Assembly (NCBI RefSeq): GCF_963921235.1
Contig: NC_086101.1
Coordinates: 3,722,001 to 3,786,000, forward strand
Direction: 5' to 3'
DNA: 64,000 bases
From: Mobula hypostoma
Taxonomy: Eukaryota
In this document: positions 1 through 14,500 of the stretch, in pieces
How the letters are laid out: each line of letters begins with the position of its first letter
Position numbering within the stretch: the first letter of the stretch is position 1
Position numbers and translations under genes: made by a program
The notes under the pieces: model-generated
Database searches by the model: none
Told to the model about the DNA's origin: nothing
Seen by the model: only the letters and a program-made list of their open reading frames with translations

Positions 1-59
1 AAGTTCCTCTGGCATTTTGTGTGTGTGACGGGCAAGATTCCGGTTGTGAATGAACCCAG

Positions 60-265
60 TGACTGAGATTCTAGAGCCACCAGGATAGAGAGCTCCAAAG
101 ATTCACACCCCTCTGCGAGAAGAGAGTTCTCCTCTTCTCAATGCGAATTGACATTTCCCTTATTCAGAGTCTGTGAGCTCTGGTTCCAGACTCATCGGCC
201 AAGGGAAACATCCTCCCTGCATCCAGCCCATCGAACCTTGTTAGAAGTTTATAACTTTCCATGAA
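60..265 (-). mobile_element. Degraded CR1 LINE 3' fragment
   Basis: Reverse complement resembles the 3' end of CR1 ORF2 seen intact elsewhere in the window (e.g. 17950-18130). Confidence 0.55.
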
Positions 266-809
266 ATTCATCAACACAGCCAGGCTCCAGGGAGAGATTC
301 CTCAGGAGGATGATCTGGGTAGGGCTTTGGCAGATGTTTATTCACTGGGATTTCAACACAATTTGTGGCCAGTAAACGTTGAATATTCTGTGGTTGTTCA
401 CTGAGGCTGCAGTTACAGCTTTAGTTCACTTTTTTTCTCCCCTCCCCACAAATCTGACTGCACTGCGATTTGATCATTTCAGAAGCCGGGATCTCCCTAC
501 ACTGAATCCCTAGGGTTTCTGCAGTTGTCAGATCCTCGTTCCCTCCCCTCGAGTGGCACTTTTATTGAGTTGAGAAACAGGACATTCAGTGAAAAGCTGC
601 AATACCAAAGGCAGCAACACCCCCACATCCTCTGTCAATATCTCATTCCAGTCATTGAGATATAAACATGGAATCAGGTCCTTCGGCCCATCTTGTCCAT
701 ACTATAATTATAAATAATGAGAAGGATAAATAACATTATAAATAATCAAAAAATTTTCACTGATCCTGTAGTGATCTAGATGAACACCTCCACTATTCAC
801 TATATGACC

Positions 810-1790
810 AATTTTGCTGTCATCTACAAACTAACCATCTATATTCATCTATATTCTCTTCCAAATCATTAATACCTATGAACAGTGGACCCTGAAACGA
901 TCCCCATGTACACCACTGGTCATAGTGCTCCAGTCTGGACAACAACTCTCCGCCACCACCCTCTACCACCAGATTTCATGTGATTAAACCTTCTCTACGA
1001 GCCTTCCTCATGGAACCTTGTCAAAGACCCTGCTAAAGTTCATGTAGACAATGTCTATTGCCCTATTCTCAACAGTCCTTTCTGTCACCTCATCAAAGAA
1101 ATACTAATTAAATTTATGAGACTATTTTCCCAGGCATAAAACAGAGTTGACTATCCTGAATCAGTCCCTGCCTTTCCAAATGCTGATAAATCTGTCTCTC
1201 AGTATCCATTCCAGTAATTTCCCACCACTGATGTTAGGCTCAGTGGCCTGGAGTTCCATGTCATCCATCATCTTACCTGTGGTGAAATGTGAAGCAAATA
1301 TACCTGCCAGGGCCCTGAATTCGTTCCCTAGTCTTAAGGTACTGAGACAGAGCAGATCACGGTCTGGGGCTCATCCACCTCTAATACTTCCAGCACCTTC
1401 GCTTTTGCACTGTGATATGTTCATTTCCCTTAACTTCTTAGATTCCATGCCTGGGAAATATTCATTTAAAACCTCCCCCATCTCCTTTTATCGATGACCA
1501 CACTGATCCTCAGGGTGCCCTATTCGAGTCAGGGTGTCATACATTTGGCCCAATATCCATGCCGACTGTGTTGCCCAGTGAGTTAGTGCATCTGCCCTCA
1601 TTTGATCCATACCCATATAAAACTCTTGAATCCATGTACTATCCACTGTAGACTCTTTTAAACTTGCTTATTTCCAGCAGCTCGTTCCAAATATGCTCCA
1701 CCCTTCGTGTGAAGAAAATATTTCTGATGTCCCTTTTAAATCCATCAGCTCTGATCTTAAGCCTTTGCACTCTTGTTCTTCACACACCTT
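810..1790 (-). mobile_element. Degraded CR1 RT and 3'-end fragments
   Basis: Minus-strand remnants of the YMDFSKAFDKVPH segment (1010-1060) and the [10 protein letters not shown] segment (880-925); a CR1 3'-end-like piece at 1530-1790. Confidence 0.6.
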
Positions 1791-3803
1791 CTCTGGGAAA
1801 ATATCTCATTTGGAAGGAGATGGGGACCGGAGTGATAGGGTTGAGGATGGGGCAGTTGATATACAGGTTGATGTATTGTGTAGTGGGACTGTGAGGAAGA
1901 ACAGACAGATGATGGGGCAAAATTGCAGTTGGTGGGATGACCTGTAATCAAACAGGAGAAAAAATCAAAAAGAGTGACCAGTACAGGACTGAAGGTGCTA
2001 TATTTGAATGCACTAGGTACACAGAATAAGGTAGATGATCTTGCAGCACCATTAGAGATTGGCAGTTATGACATCGTGGGCATCACTGAATCATCCTGTG
2101 CTGTGAATTACATATGTTCCTCCAAAGAGCAGCCAGTATATAGTATATACATTACAATGGGAGATAGAAAAGTCATGTGACAAGGGCAATATTACAATAG
2201 CTATGGACATTTCAATATGCAAGTGGGTTGGTAATATCTGTTCAGTGCTAGATTCCAAGAGATGGAGTTTGTAGAATACCTATGAAAAGGCTATTTAGAG
2301 CAGCTTGAAGTTGAGCCCACGAGCGGATTGGATGTTTTGTAATGAACTGGATTGTATTAGGGAGCTTAAGGTAAAGGAACCCTTAGTAGGTAGTGATCGT
2401 AATATGATAGAACTCACCCTGGAGATTGAGAGGGAGGAGATAAAGCCAGATGTATTAGTATTGCAGTGGAGTAAAGGGAATTACAGAGGCATGAGACAGC
2501 AGCTGGCCAAAGTTGATTGGAAGGAGGCACTGTCAGAGATGATTCAAAGTTTAAAGAAAAATTTATTATTAAAGTACATGCATGTTACCATATACTATCA
2601 TGAAATTCATTTTCTTGTGGGCACACTCAGTAAATCCCATAACCATAATAGAAGCAATGAAAGACTGCATTAACAGGGAGGACATCCAGTGTGCCAAAGA
2701 CAGCAAATACAAAAAGAACAAAGAAGAAATAATAAAATAATAATCATCATCATCAAGAACATGGGAAGAAGAGTCCTTGACAGAGAATCCATTGACTGTG
2801 GGAATGGTTCAGTGAAATGGAGTGAAGTTATTCCCTCTGGTTCAATAGCCTGATGGTTGAGTAGTAATGACTGTTCCTGAACCCCCTGGTGTGAGTCTTG
2901 AGACTCCTGTGCCTTCTTCCTGATGGCAGCAGTGAGTAGAGAGCATGGCTTGGATGGTGGGTCTCCCTGATGACGGGTTCTGCTTTGTGTTGGATGACAG
3001 CAGATTAGCAATGGCTGGAGTTTTGGGGGACAATTCGGAAGATACATCCAGGATATGAAGAAGAATTCTAAAGGGAGAATGAGACAACTGTGGCTGAAAT
3101 AAAAGCAAGAGAGGGCATACAATTCAGCAAAGATTCGTGATAAGTTAGAGGATTGAAAGCTTTTTAAAACCAACAGAAAGCAACCAAAAAAAAGGAATAA
3201 GGAGAGAAAGAATGAAATATGAAGGTTAGCTAGCAAATAATACAAAAGAAGATTTCAGAAGATTTTCAGATATATAACCAATAAAAGAGAGGTGACAGTC
3301 AAAATTGAACTGTTGGAAATGATTAGGACAGTTAGAAATTGAGAACAAAGAAATGGCAGACAAATTTAATAATTATTTTTCATCAGTCTTCTCTGTGGAA
3401 AACTCTACCAATATGCCAAATATTCAAGAGTTTCAGGGAGCAAAATTGAATGTAGTTGCTATTACTGGGAAGAGGGTGCTTGGGAGACTGAAAGATAGAT
3501 GAGTCACCCAGGCCAGATGGAGTATGCTCCAGGTTTTTGACAGAGGTTGCTAAAAGAATTGTGGAGCCATTACTAATGACCTTTCAAGAATGATAAAATT
3601 CTGCAATGGTTTGAGAAGACTCAAAAATTGCAAATGCCATTCCACTCTTTCAGAAGGGAGGGAGGCAAAAGAAAGGAAATTATAGGCAAGTCAGCCAGAT
3701 GTCAGTGGTTGTGAAGATGCTGGAGTCCATTATTAAGGATGTTTTCGGGTACTTTGAGGGACATGATAAAATAAGCCAATGTCAGTATTGATTCCTTAAG
3801 GGG

Positions 3804-4213
3804 AGTTATGTTCAATGAGTTTCGTGGGTCTCGCAATTGAGGCAGGAAATGCAATGACTTTGAATAAGTATATGAACAATTTATTTACAAACAGTAAAAA
3901 TTCAACCAAACATTCATGTTCCCCAAGTTACAGACAATACGAAGCTGAATGTTCAACAAATATACATACATTCAAAAAACACACTTAGTTTAAAGTTCAG
4001 ACAGACTTTACCTTCTCTATTGTCTTGTGCATCCTTGCCTTAACTAAGGAAGAAGAAAGCAAGCCCCTTCAATTTGCTATTTTATATGTCCAGGGTGTTT
4101 GAAACTGGACATCAGGCAACTATCCAATGGGAAAAGCAGCTGCAGCTTTTAAACTAACCAGTCACAATGCAAATGACTTTGACAATCAGAATAAGGCATG
4201 GCCCCATAGGACA
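3804..4213 (-). mobile_element. Solo LTR (~410 bp)
   Basis: Interrupts CR1 RT. Flanked by a 5-bp direct repeat AGGGG (3799-3803 / 4214-4218). Ends are agttatg (TGT>AGT) and ataggaca. TATA-like and AATAAA-like motifs lie on the minus strand. Confidence 0.7.
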
Positions 4214-4389
4214 AGGGGAAATCTTGATTGACAAACCTGTTTGAATTCTTTGAGGAAATAACAAGCAGGATAGACAAAGAAGAATCGGTGAATGTTAGGT
4301 ACTTGGATTTTCAGAAGGCCTTCGATAAGGTGCCGCACATGAGGTTGCTTGACAAGATAGGTTGTTCACGGTATCACAGGAAAGACACT

Positions 4390-5367
4390 TGTTACGAACT
4401 GTAACATTTTAGAAACAAGCCAGCAGCAATGGAGTTCACACTTTAGAAACAAGCCAGCAACAGTAGAGTTCACACTGGAGGCTGGTTTTGATGTTAAAAC
4501 CACTATCTTTATTAGTATCTACTTATAATGTTGTAACTTAAACAAGATAAACAAAAGTTAACAGTGTTTGTGTATAAATGTGTGTAAATATAACTGCCCT
4601 GCTATCGAGCCTGGGGGAGCAAGCCTTAGAGTCTTGAGATGGTAAAGTAGGAAAGTTCAGTAATCCAAGGAATAAATGATGGGAGAGAGATGGCGATTAT
4701 GTCAAATTCCACAGGTAAATGAAAACCGTCGTCGAACATCTTGTCAGTGAATCAATTCAAAGTCCACTTAGATATATCTTCAAAGTGACCTGTTACAGGA
4801 ATGTCATCTTCAAGTGATTACCACATAACATGCAAGGGTTAACTTCGAGTAGTGCCACAGGACATCCCTAAATCCACTCCTTTGGATACCTTCTTCTTTG
4901 GTTGTCCATTGACATCCAATGATGACGTCCACTCCTTTAATGGTGAGATCTTTGATGACTATACAGCCCTATCCTCGACCCACAAGCTCTATTGCAGGTG
5001 GGACATGTATATGTGGTAGTGGTGGTAGTGGTAGTGGTGGAAACCATGGCTGCATTTCTCCTGGCTCTCTTTTGCTGTCTTCTGATTGTTCTTTCCATCT
5101 TCAGAATATGAAGTGACAGACACACATTCTGGAGCAAACCTTGCCCCGGCAGTTCTTAAGTCCAAGTCCTCCTCAGACTACGAGAGTAGCTGTTCTGTCT
5201 CTCTCACTCCAACTGGCTTCTTCTGACTCCTGACTGTGACTGTCTGTCCTTGTTTTAAAGGTAAACAAGCTGTTAGTCAGTCAGTGAACAACATCACAGT
5301 CCTGCCTCACTGAAGCGCTCTTTTAAAGTGACAGTCCACAGTAAATGAAACCTGCAGGTTCGTAACA
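4390..5367 (-). mobile_element. Solo LTR, TGTTACGAAC...GTTCGTAACA family
   Basis: Perfect 10-bp terminal inverted repeat and 4-bp TSD CACT (4386-4389 / 5368-5371). Reverse complement of the LTRs at 46449 and 56708. Internal ~34-bp tandem duplication at ~4408-4475. Confidence 0.9.
4890..5112 (-). mobile_element. 5'-truncated RTE LINE 3' end nested in the solo LTR
   Basis: Reverse complement of ~36825-37035, with a (GAA)n tail. Encodes the C-terminal C2H2 motif YTCPTCNRACGSRIGLYSHQRSHH. Confidence 0.9.
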
Positions 5368-5932
5368 CACTAGCATGGGTAGAAGATTGACTGGCAGAAG
5401 ACAAAGAATAAGAATAAAGGGAACCTATTCTGATTGGTGCCCATGACTAGTGGTTTTCTGCGGGATTTGGTGTTAGGACGGCTTCGTTTCATGTTATATG
5501 TCAATGAGTTGGATGATGGAATTGATGGCTTTGTGTCGAAGTTTGCTGATGTTTCGAAGAGAGATGGTGGAGCAGGTAGTGTTGGTGAAGCAGAGAGTCT
5601 GCAGAAGGACTTAGACAGATTGGGAGAATGAGCAAAAGAAATATAATGCAGGGGAGTGTATGGTCATGCACTTTGCTAGAAGGAATAAAGGTGAAGACCA
5701 TTTTAAAAGTGGGGAGAAGATTCAAAAATCAGAGGTGCAAAGGGACGAGGGTGTTCTTGCGCAGGATTCCCTCAAGGTTCACTTGCTGGTTGAGTGTGAG
5801 GTAAGGCAGGGAAATGGATTATTAGCATACATTTCCAGAGGACTAGAATATAAGAGCAAAGATGTGGTGCGAGAGTTTATAAGGCATTGGTCAGACTACA
5901 CATGGAATACTGTGAGCAGTTTTGGGCCCCTT

Positions 5933-6258
5933 GGTTGGCAGGGTGGAGATGCATTTCCAGCAAAGGAGGTGTAAGGTGCTCCTTCCCTCTGCTGCCTTGC
6001 AGGTCACTGTTGGGAAAAGTGTAAGAAACTGCTTAACTCCCCGATCAGTGTGACATGAAGCCAGGGGAGTAGGTGGTGGATAGGCGTATGAGCAGTTGTT
6101 GCATCCCACAAGTCTGGGATATGCAACCATTGATGCCAGGTAGTCTCTGAAGAGTATTGATAATGGCTGGGGTCACTCGTCTTGTAAACACACTGCCCAG
6201 AAGAAGGCAATGGAAAACAACTTCTGTAGAAATATATGCCAAGAACAACCATGGTCAA
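5933..6258 (+). mobile_element. Probable SINE with an RTE-related 3' tail
   Basis: Interrupts CR1. The 3' part gaagaaggcaatggaaaacaacttctgtagaaatatatgccaagaac resembles RTE-mobilised SINE tails. Confidence 0.5.
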
Positions 6259-6770
6259 GTATTGAAAACTGAGGTGAGATCTCATTGAAACCTATCAAAT
6301 ATTGAAAGGCCTAGAGTGGATGTGGAAATGATGTTCCCTATAATGGGAGTGTCTAGGACTAGAGGGCACAGCCTCAAAGTACAGGGACATCCCTTCAGAA
6401 CAGAGATGAGGAGGAATTTCTTTTGCCACAAGGTGGCAAATCTATAGAATTCATTGGCGCAGACGGATTGAGTATATTTCATGTGGGCTCTTGATTATTA
6501 GTCAGGGTATCAAGGTTTGTGGGGAGAAGGCAAGAGAGTGGCATTGAGAGGGATAATAAATCAGCCAAGGTGGAATGTCTGAACTAACTCATTGGGCCAA
6601 ATGGCCCAATTCTGCTCCTGTATATTCTGGTCTTATAGTCTTCACCATATGCCCCTCATGATCAATTCAGCTCTCATTCTCCTATGTTGTAGGGAATAAA
6701 ATCCTAGTCTACTCACCCACTCCTTGTAACTCATTCCCCTGAGTCCAGGCAACATCCTGATAAATCTTTT

Positions 6771-7796
6771 CGAAACCATAGAAACCATAGAAAACTACAG
6801 CACAGAAACAGGCCTTTTGGCCCTTCTTGGCTGTGCCGAACCATTTCCTGCCTAGTCCCACTGACCTGCACACGGACCATATCCCTCCATACACCTCCCA
6901 TCCATGTATCTGTCCAATTTATTCTTAAATGTTAAAAAAGAACTCGCATTTACCACCTCGTCTGGCAGCTCATTCCATACTCCCACCACTCTCCGTGTGA
7001 AGAAGCCCCCCTCCGATGTTCCCTTTAAACTTTTCCCCCCTCACCCTTAACCCATGTCCTCTGGTTTTTTTCTCCCCTTGCCTCAGTGGAAAAAGCCTGC
7101 TTGCATTCACTCTATCTATACCCATCATAATTTTATATACCTCTATCAAATCTCCCCTCATTCTTCTACGCTCCAGGGAATAAAGTCCTAACCTATTCAA
7201 CCTTTCTCTGTAACTGAGTTTCTCAAGTCCCGGCAACATCCTTGTAAACCTTCTCTGCACTCTTTCAACCTTATTTATATCTTTCCTGTAATTTGGTGAC
7301 CAAAACTGAACACAATACTCCCGATTCGGCCTCACCAATGCCTTATACAACCTCATGATAACATTCCAGCTCTTATACTCAATACTTTGATTAATAAAGG
7401 CCAATGTACCAAAAGCTCTCTTTATGACCCTATCTACCTGTGACGCCACTTTTAGGGAATTTTGTATCTGTATTCCCAGATCCCTCTGTTCCACTGTACT
7501 CCTCAGTGCCTTACCATTAACCCTGTATGTTCTACCTTGGTTTGTCCTTCCAATGTGCAATACGTCACACTTGTCTGTATTAAACTCCATCTGCCATTTT
7601 TCAGCCCATTTTTCCAGCTGGTGCAAATCCCTCTGCAAGCTTTGAAAACCTTCCTCACTGTCTACTACACCTCCAATCTTTGTATCATCAGCAAATTTGC
7701 TGATCCAATTTACCACATTATCATCCAGATCATTGATATAGATGACAAATAACAGTGGACCCAGCACTGATCCCTGTAGCACACCACTAGTCACAG
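6771..7796 (-). mobile_element. Young 5'-truncated CR1 (RT C-terminal half, ORF 6970-7794)
   Basis: [29 protein letters not shown]; (gaaaccata)n tail at 6771-6790. Same subfamily as 24348-28602 and 61781-63302. Confidence 0.95.
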
Positions 7797-7929
7797 TCTC
7801 TTTTGACCAACAACCAATTCAGACATCGAAAGTGTTGGGAGGAGATAATTTCACTTGGGTCCACTACCCAAGTAGAGAAGGGAGCAGCGGGTCACTGCAG
7901 AGAAATACAGCTTTGACCAGTGACCATTC

Positions 7930-10900
7930 TGCGTTTGGGATTGATTAGCAAGAGCAAATTAAGGAAGGCAGAGGAAAACACAGCAGCCACTGTGTGAGTG
8001 GACAGAGGCGGAGTGGTGATCTTGAGGCTTTAGCTCTTTGAGGCTTCAGCGAAGAGAAGTTTCGGCCAGAGAAAGCAAAAAATAATAAGGATAAAGAAAA
8101 ATTCAAGTTTTTTTTCTCCTTCCCTTCTTTATGTCTCCTCGACTAGCTCAGTAGAGATGCCAGGCAGGATGGTGTAATGCTCCTTTTGAGGGATGTGGGA
8201 AGCCATAGAGAATTCCAGTTTCCCTGATGACTACAATTATGAGACGTGTGTCCAGTTGCAGTTTATAACAATCCGTGTTAAGGAGTTGGAGCTGGAACTG
8301 GATGAACTCCGGATCATTTGGGAGACTGAGGGGGTGATAGATAGGACATATAGAGAGGTAGTTATACCCAAGGTGCAGGACATGGGAAACTGGGTGACAG
8401 TCAGGAGGGCGAAGGGGTTAAGGAACCAGTGCAGAGTACCCCTGTGGCCATCCCCTCAACAAAACACACATCACTTTTGATACTGTTGGGGGTGTTGACC
8501 TAACAGAGGAAAGTCACAGTGGTCAGGTCTCTGGCACTGAGTTCAGCTCTGGGACTTAGAAGGCAAAGGGAGAAAAATAACGTTGGGTGATAGGGGATAC
8601 ATTAGTTAGACTAATGGACAGGAAGTTCTGTGGGTGAGAATGGGATTCCTGGATGGTATCTTGCCTCTTGGCTGTCATGACCTGGGACATCTTGGGTTGA
8701 ATCCTCACCATTCTTAAGTGGGAAGTGAACAGCCAGAGATTGTAGTCCATGTAGGTACCAATGATATGGGTAGGACAAATGATGGGACATAGTGAGTTCG
8801 GAGTCAGGTGCTAAGTTAAAGGTCAGGACCTTCAGGGTTGTGATCTCAGGATTGCTACCCATGCCTTGTGCTTGTAAAGCTAGAACTAGGAAGATTATAT
8901 AGTGGCTAAGGCATTAGTGTAGGAGGGAGGGCATAAGGTTCGTAAGGTTGTTGGATCATTGGGCTTCTCTCCCAGAGAAGGTGGGTCCTGTACAGAACTG
9001 GAGGGGGAGCAACATCCAGGTGGGAAGGATTGTTAATGCTGCACAGTGGGGTTTAAAGTAGAGTTGCAGGAGAATGGGAACCAGAGTGCCAGAATAGTTA
9101 GTGGAGAGGTCGTGGAGGCAGATGCTATTAAGACTTCAAACAAGGTGTAGCACTGTGCAACTGGTGTCCTGAGCTGCATATATTTCAATGCGAAAAGTAT
9201 CATAGGAGAGGCAGATAATAGTGCTGAGGGTAAGGTAGCTGGTTTACAAACAGAGCCAATGTGTAGTGAGAAAGGCTGTTGATGGGGCAAATTGCAATCA
9301 GCAGGCTGAGTTCCAACATAAAAGGTGGGCAAAATTGGAAAGGGGGAATAGAGGACCCAGGGTGTTATATTTGAATGGTGCTGTATATGGAATAAGGTAC
9401 CGCAGATGAACTTGTAGCACACTTACAGATTGGCAGGTATGATGTTATAGGCATCACTGAATCATGACTGAAATATTATAGGTGGGACCTTAATGTCCAA
9501 GGATACACATCGTATCGAAATGACAATCAGAAAGGCAGAGGGGGTGGCGTTGCTAATGCGTGTAAAAAATGAAACCAAATCATTAGGAAAAGGTGACATT
9601 GGGTCAGAAGGTGTTGAATCATTGTGGGTAGAGCTAAGGAACTGCAAGGGTAAAAAGATCCTGAATGGAGTTGTATACAGACCCCAAAACAGTAGTAAGT
9701 ATGTGGCCTACTAATTACTATGGAAGATAGGAAATACAAGAGGGTGATGTTACAGTAGTCATGGTGCATTTCAATATGCAGGTCGATTGGAAAAGCAGAT
9801 GGTGCTGCATTCCAAGAGAGGGAATATCTAGAATGCCTATGAGGTAGCTTTTTAGCTTACCAAGGGATCAGCTACGGGTATTCTAGATTGTATGTTGTGC
9901 AATAAACCAAAATTGATTAGAGAGCTTAAGGTAAAAGAACCCTGAGGGAATAGTGGACATAATATGATCGAATTCACCATGAAATTTGAGAAGGAAAAGC
10001 TAAAGTCAAATATATCAGTATTACAGTGGAGAAAAGGAAATTACAGAGGCGTGAGAAAGAAGTCGGCCAAAATTGATTGGAAACAACATTGGCAGGGCGA
10101 CAACAGAGCAGCAATGTCTGGAATTTCTGGAAGCAATTTGGAAGGCACGGGATATTCATACATTCCAAAGAGAAAGAAGCATCTAAAGGAAAGATGACAC
10201 AACCGCGGCTGACAAGAGAAGTCAAAGCCAACATAAAAGTCAAAAAGAGGCATATAATAGGGCAAAAAATAGTGGGAATTTAGAGGATTGGGAAGCTTTA
10301 AAAAACCAACAGAAGACAACTGTAAAAGTCATTAAGAAACTAAAGATGGAATACGAAAGTAAGTGAACCGACAATATTAAAGATGATACCAACAGTTTCT
10401 TCAGATACATAAAGTGTAAAAGAGAGGCAAGAGTGTATATCAGATCACTGGAAATTATGCAGAACAGGTAGCAATGGGGAACAAGGAAATGATGGATGAG
10501 CTACTTGCATCATACTTGGATCATTCTTCACTGTGGTAGACACTAGCAGTGTGGTTGAATTGCCAGGTGTCAGGGAGCATAAAGTATGTGAAGTTACTAT
10601 TACTGAAGAGAAACAATATTGGGAAACTGAAAGGTATGAAGGTAAATAAGTCACCTGGACCAGGTGGTGCACACCCCAGGATTCTGAAAGAGTGACTGAA
10701 GAGATTGTGGAAGCATTAGTAATGATCTTTCAAGAATCAGGAAGATGAGAAAATTGCAAATGTCATTCCAGTCTTCAAGGGAGAGAGGCAGAAGAAAGGA
10801 AATAATTGGCCAGTTAGTCTGACCTCAGTGGTTGGGATGATGTTGGAGTCGATTGTTAAGGATGTGGTTTTGGAGTACTTGGAGACAGATAGTCAGCAAG

Positions 10901-11510
10901 ATTTCCTCAAGGGAAAATATAGCCTGTCAAATCTTTTGGAATACTTGCAAGAAATAACAAGCAGGATAGACAAAGGAGAATTGGTTGATGTTAACCTTGG
11001 GCATTACAGTAAAGATTCTAGCATGGATAAAGCAGTGGCTGATTGGCAGGAGGCAAAGAGTGGGAATAAAGGGAGAAATTTCTGGTTGGCTGCTGGTGAC
11101 TAGTGTTCCACAATGATCTGCATTGGAACTAATTATTTTTATGCTATAGGTCAATGACTTTGATGATGGAATTGAAGATTTTGTTCCAAGGTTTGCAGAC
11201 GATATGAAGGTATGTGGAGGAGAAGGTAATTTTAGGAAGTAGAAAAGCTATGAAGGTTAGACGAAGAGAATGAGCAGAAATGTGGCAGATGGAATGCAGT
11301 GTCGGGAAGCATATGGTCACGCACTTTAGTAGAAGAAATGAAAGTGTTGACTATTGTCTAAATGGAGGGAAAATACAAAAAAACCGAGGCACAAAGGGAC
11401 TTGGGACTCCTTGTGCAGGATAGCCTAAAGGCTGAATCTGTGGTGAGGAAGGCAAATATGATGTCAGCTTTAATTTCAAGAGGACAGGAATGTGCAAGCA
11501 AGGATGTAAT
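7930..11510 (+). mobile_element. Degraded near-full-length CR1 (ORF1 + ORF2)
   Basis: ORF1 start atgccaggcaggatg at 8158, followed by LELELDELRII..WVTVRR. ORF2 EN (GVALLM..VESLWVELRN) and RT fragments with many stops and frameshifts. Confidence 0.85.
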
Positions 11511-14500
11511 AGAAACACAGAAACTTAGAAAACCTACAGCACAATACAGGCCCTTCGGCCCACAAAGCTTTGACGAAGATGTCCTTACCTTATAACTACC
11601 TAGGCTTTACCCAAAGCCCTCTATTTTTCTAAGCTCCATGTAGCCATCCAGGAGTCTCTGAAAAAGACCCTATCGTTTCCGCCTCCACCACCGCCACCAG
11701 CAGCCCATTCCACACTCTCACTACACTCTGCGTAAAAAAAACTTACCCCTGACATGGTCTGATCAGGGACAGTCAGCATAGCTTTGTGAAGGGCAGATCG
11801 TGTCTAACAAGCCTGATAGTGTACTTTGAGGAGGTGACCAGGCATATAGATGAGGGTAGTGCAGTGGATGTGATCTACGTGGATTCTAGAAACGCATTTG
11901 CCAAGGTTCCACACGGTAGGCTGATTCACAAAGTCAGAAGCATGGGATCCAGGGAAATTTGGTCAGGTGGGTTCAGAATTGGCTTGCCTACAGAAAGCAG
12001 AGGGTTGTGGTGGAGGGAGTACATTCAGATTGGAGGGCTGTGACTAGTGGTGTCCCACAAGGATCAGTTCTGGGACCTCTATTTTTTGTGATTTTTATTA
12101 ACGACTTGGATGTGGGGGTAGAAGGGTGATTGGCAAGTTTGCAGACGACACAAAGGTTGGTTGTGTTGTGGATAGTGTAGAGGATTGTTGAAGATTGCAG
12201 AGAGACATTGATAGGATGCAGAAGTGGGCTGAGAAGTGACAGATGGAGTTCAACCACGTCAAGTGTGAGGTGGTACACTTTGGAAGAACAAACTCCAAGG
12301 CAGAGTACAAAGTAAATGGCAGGATACTTGGTGGCGGAGAAGAGGGATCTGGGGGGTACATGTTCATAGATCCCTGAAAGTTGCCTTACAGGTAGACAAG
12401 GTAGTTAAGAAAGCTTATGGGATGTTAGCTTTCAGAAGTCGAGGGATAGAGATTAAGAGTCGTGAGGTAATGATGCAGGTATATAAAACTCTCGTTAGGT
12501 CACACTTGGAGTATTGTGTCCAGTTCTGGTCGCCTCACTATAGGAAGGATGTGGAAGCATTGGAAAGGGTACAGAGGAGATTTCCCAGGATGCTGCCTAG
12601 TTTAGAGAGGATGCATTATGATCAGAGAATAAGGGAGCTAGGGCTTTACTCTTCGGAGAGAAGGAGGATGAGAGGAGACATGATAGAGGTATACAAAATA
12701 TTGAGAGGAATAGACAGAGTGGACAGCCAAGGTCTCTTCCCCAGGGAACTACTGCTCAGTACCAGGGGACATGGCTTTAAGGTAAGGGGTGGGAAATTCA
12801 AGGGGAATATTAGAGGAAGGTTTTTTACTCAGAGAGTGGTGGAGGAATTTAAGGTGGGGGGTTATATGGGAGGCAGGGTTTAAGGGTCGGCACAACATTG
12901 TGGGCCAAAGGGCCGATACTGCATTGTACTATTCTATGTTCTATGTTCTGTATTCTATCTCCTCTGTACCTACTTCCAAGCACTTTAAAATTATGCCCTC
13001 CCATGTTAGCCATTTCAGCCCTGGTAAAAAGCCTCTGACTATCCACACGATCAATACCTCTCATTATCTTGGACACCTCTATCAGGTCACCTCTCATCCT
13101 CCGTTGCACCAAGCAAAAAGGGCCGAGTTCACTTAACCTATTCTCATAAGGCATGCTCCTCAATCCAGGCAACATCCTTATAAATCTCCTCTGCACCCTT
13201 TCTGTGGTTTCCATGGCCTTCCTGTAGTGAGGCAACCAAAATTGAGCACAGTACTCCAAGTGGGGTCTGACCAGGGTCCTATGTAGCTGCAACATTACCT
13301 CTCGGCTCTTAAGCTCAGTCCCACGGTGGATGAAGGCCAATACACCGTATGCCTTCTTAACCACACAGTCAACCTGCGTAGCAGTTTTGATTGTCCTGTG
13401 GATTCGGACCCCAAGATCCCTCTGTTCCTCCACACTGACAAGTGTCTTACCATTAATGCTATATTCCACCATCATATTTGACCTACCAAAATGAACCACT
13501 TCACACTTATCTGGGTTGAACTCCATCTGCCACTTCTCAGCCCAGTTTTGCATCCTATCGATGTCCTGCTGTAACCTCTGACAGCCCTCCACACTATCCA
13601 CAACAGGGCAACCCAGTTCTGGATCCACAAAGCAATGTCCCTTTGGATCTCATGCCTCCTTACTTTCTCAATAAGCCTTGCATGGGTGCTTTATCAAATG
13701 CCTTGCTGAAATCCATATACATGGCATCTACCGCTCTACCTTCATCAACGTATTTAGCCACATCCTCAAAAAATTCAATCAGGCTCATAAGGCACGACCT
13801 GCCTTTGATAAAGCCATAGTGACTATTCCTAATCATATTATGCCTCTATAAATGTTCATAAATCCTGCCTCTCAGGATCTTCTCCATTCCCAACCACTGA
13901 TCTAAGACTCACTAGTCTATAATTTCCTGGGCTACCTCTACTCCCTTTTTTGAATAATGGAACAACATCTGCAACACTCCAATCCTTCAGAATATCCCCC
14001 GTTCTCATTGATAATGCAAAGATCATCGCCAGAGGCTCAACAATCTCCCCCATCGCTTCCCACAGTAGCCTGGGTAGATCTCATCCTGTCCCGGCGACTT
14101 ATCCAACTTGATGCTTTCCAAAAGCTCCAGCGCATCCTCTTTCTTAATTTTCCTCAAGCTTTTCAGTCCGCTGCAAATCATCTCTACAATTGCCAAGATC
14201 CTTTTCCATAGTGAATATTGAAATAAAGTATTCATTAAGTATCTCTGCTATCTCCTCCGGTTCCACACACTTTTCCACTGTCACACTTGATTGGTCCTAT
14301 TCTGTGAAATCTTATTCTCTTGCTCTTCACATACCTGTAGAATGCCTTGGGGTTTTCCTTAATCCTGTCTGCCAAGGCCTTCTCATGGCCCCTTCTGGCT
14401 CTCCAAATTGCATTTTTAAGCTCCTTTCTGCTAGCCTTATAATCTTTTAGATCTCTATCATCACCTAGTTTTTTGAACCTCATAAACTTTTCTTTTCTTT

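Larger units (their letters stand above)
1870..6640 (+). mobile_element. Old CR1 LINE ORF2 (APE endonuclease + RT), pseudogenised, host to at least four later insertions
   Basis: ORF fragments LKVLYLNA..KVDDL..YDIVGITES (1974), EPLVGSDRNMIE (2305), FADV (5434); CR1 3' UTR ending near 6640. Interrupted at ~2540-2990, 3804-4213, 4390-5367 and 5933-6258. Confidence 0.85.

Noticed and set aside
300..660. Pyrimidine tract and AG as a possible upstream TRIM exon
   Set aside because: No TRIM-like translation or convincing donor found, although very short linker exons could be missed by eye.
4937..5137. Small C2H2 zinc-finger ORF as a host gene
   Set aside because: It is the RTE LINE C-terminus, matching ~36825-36990 in reverse complement.
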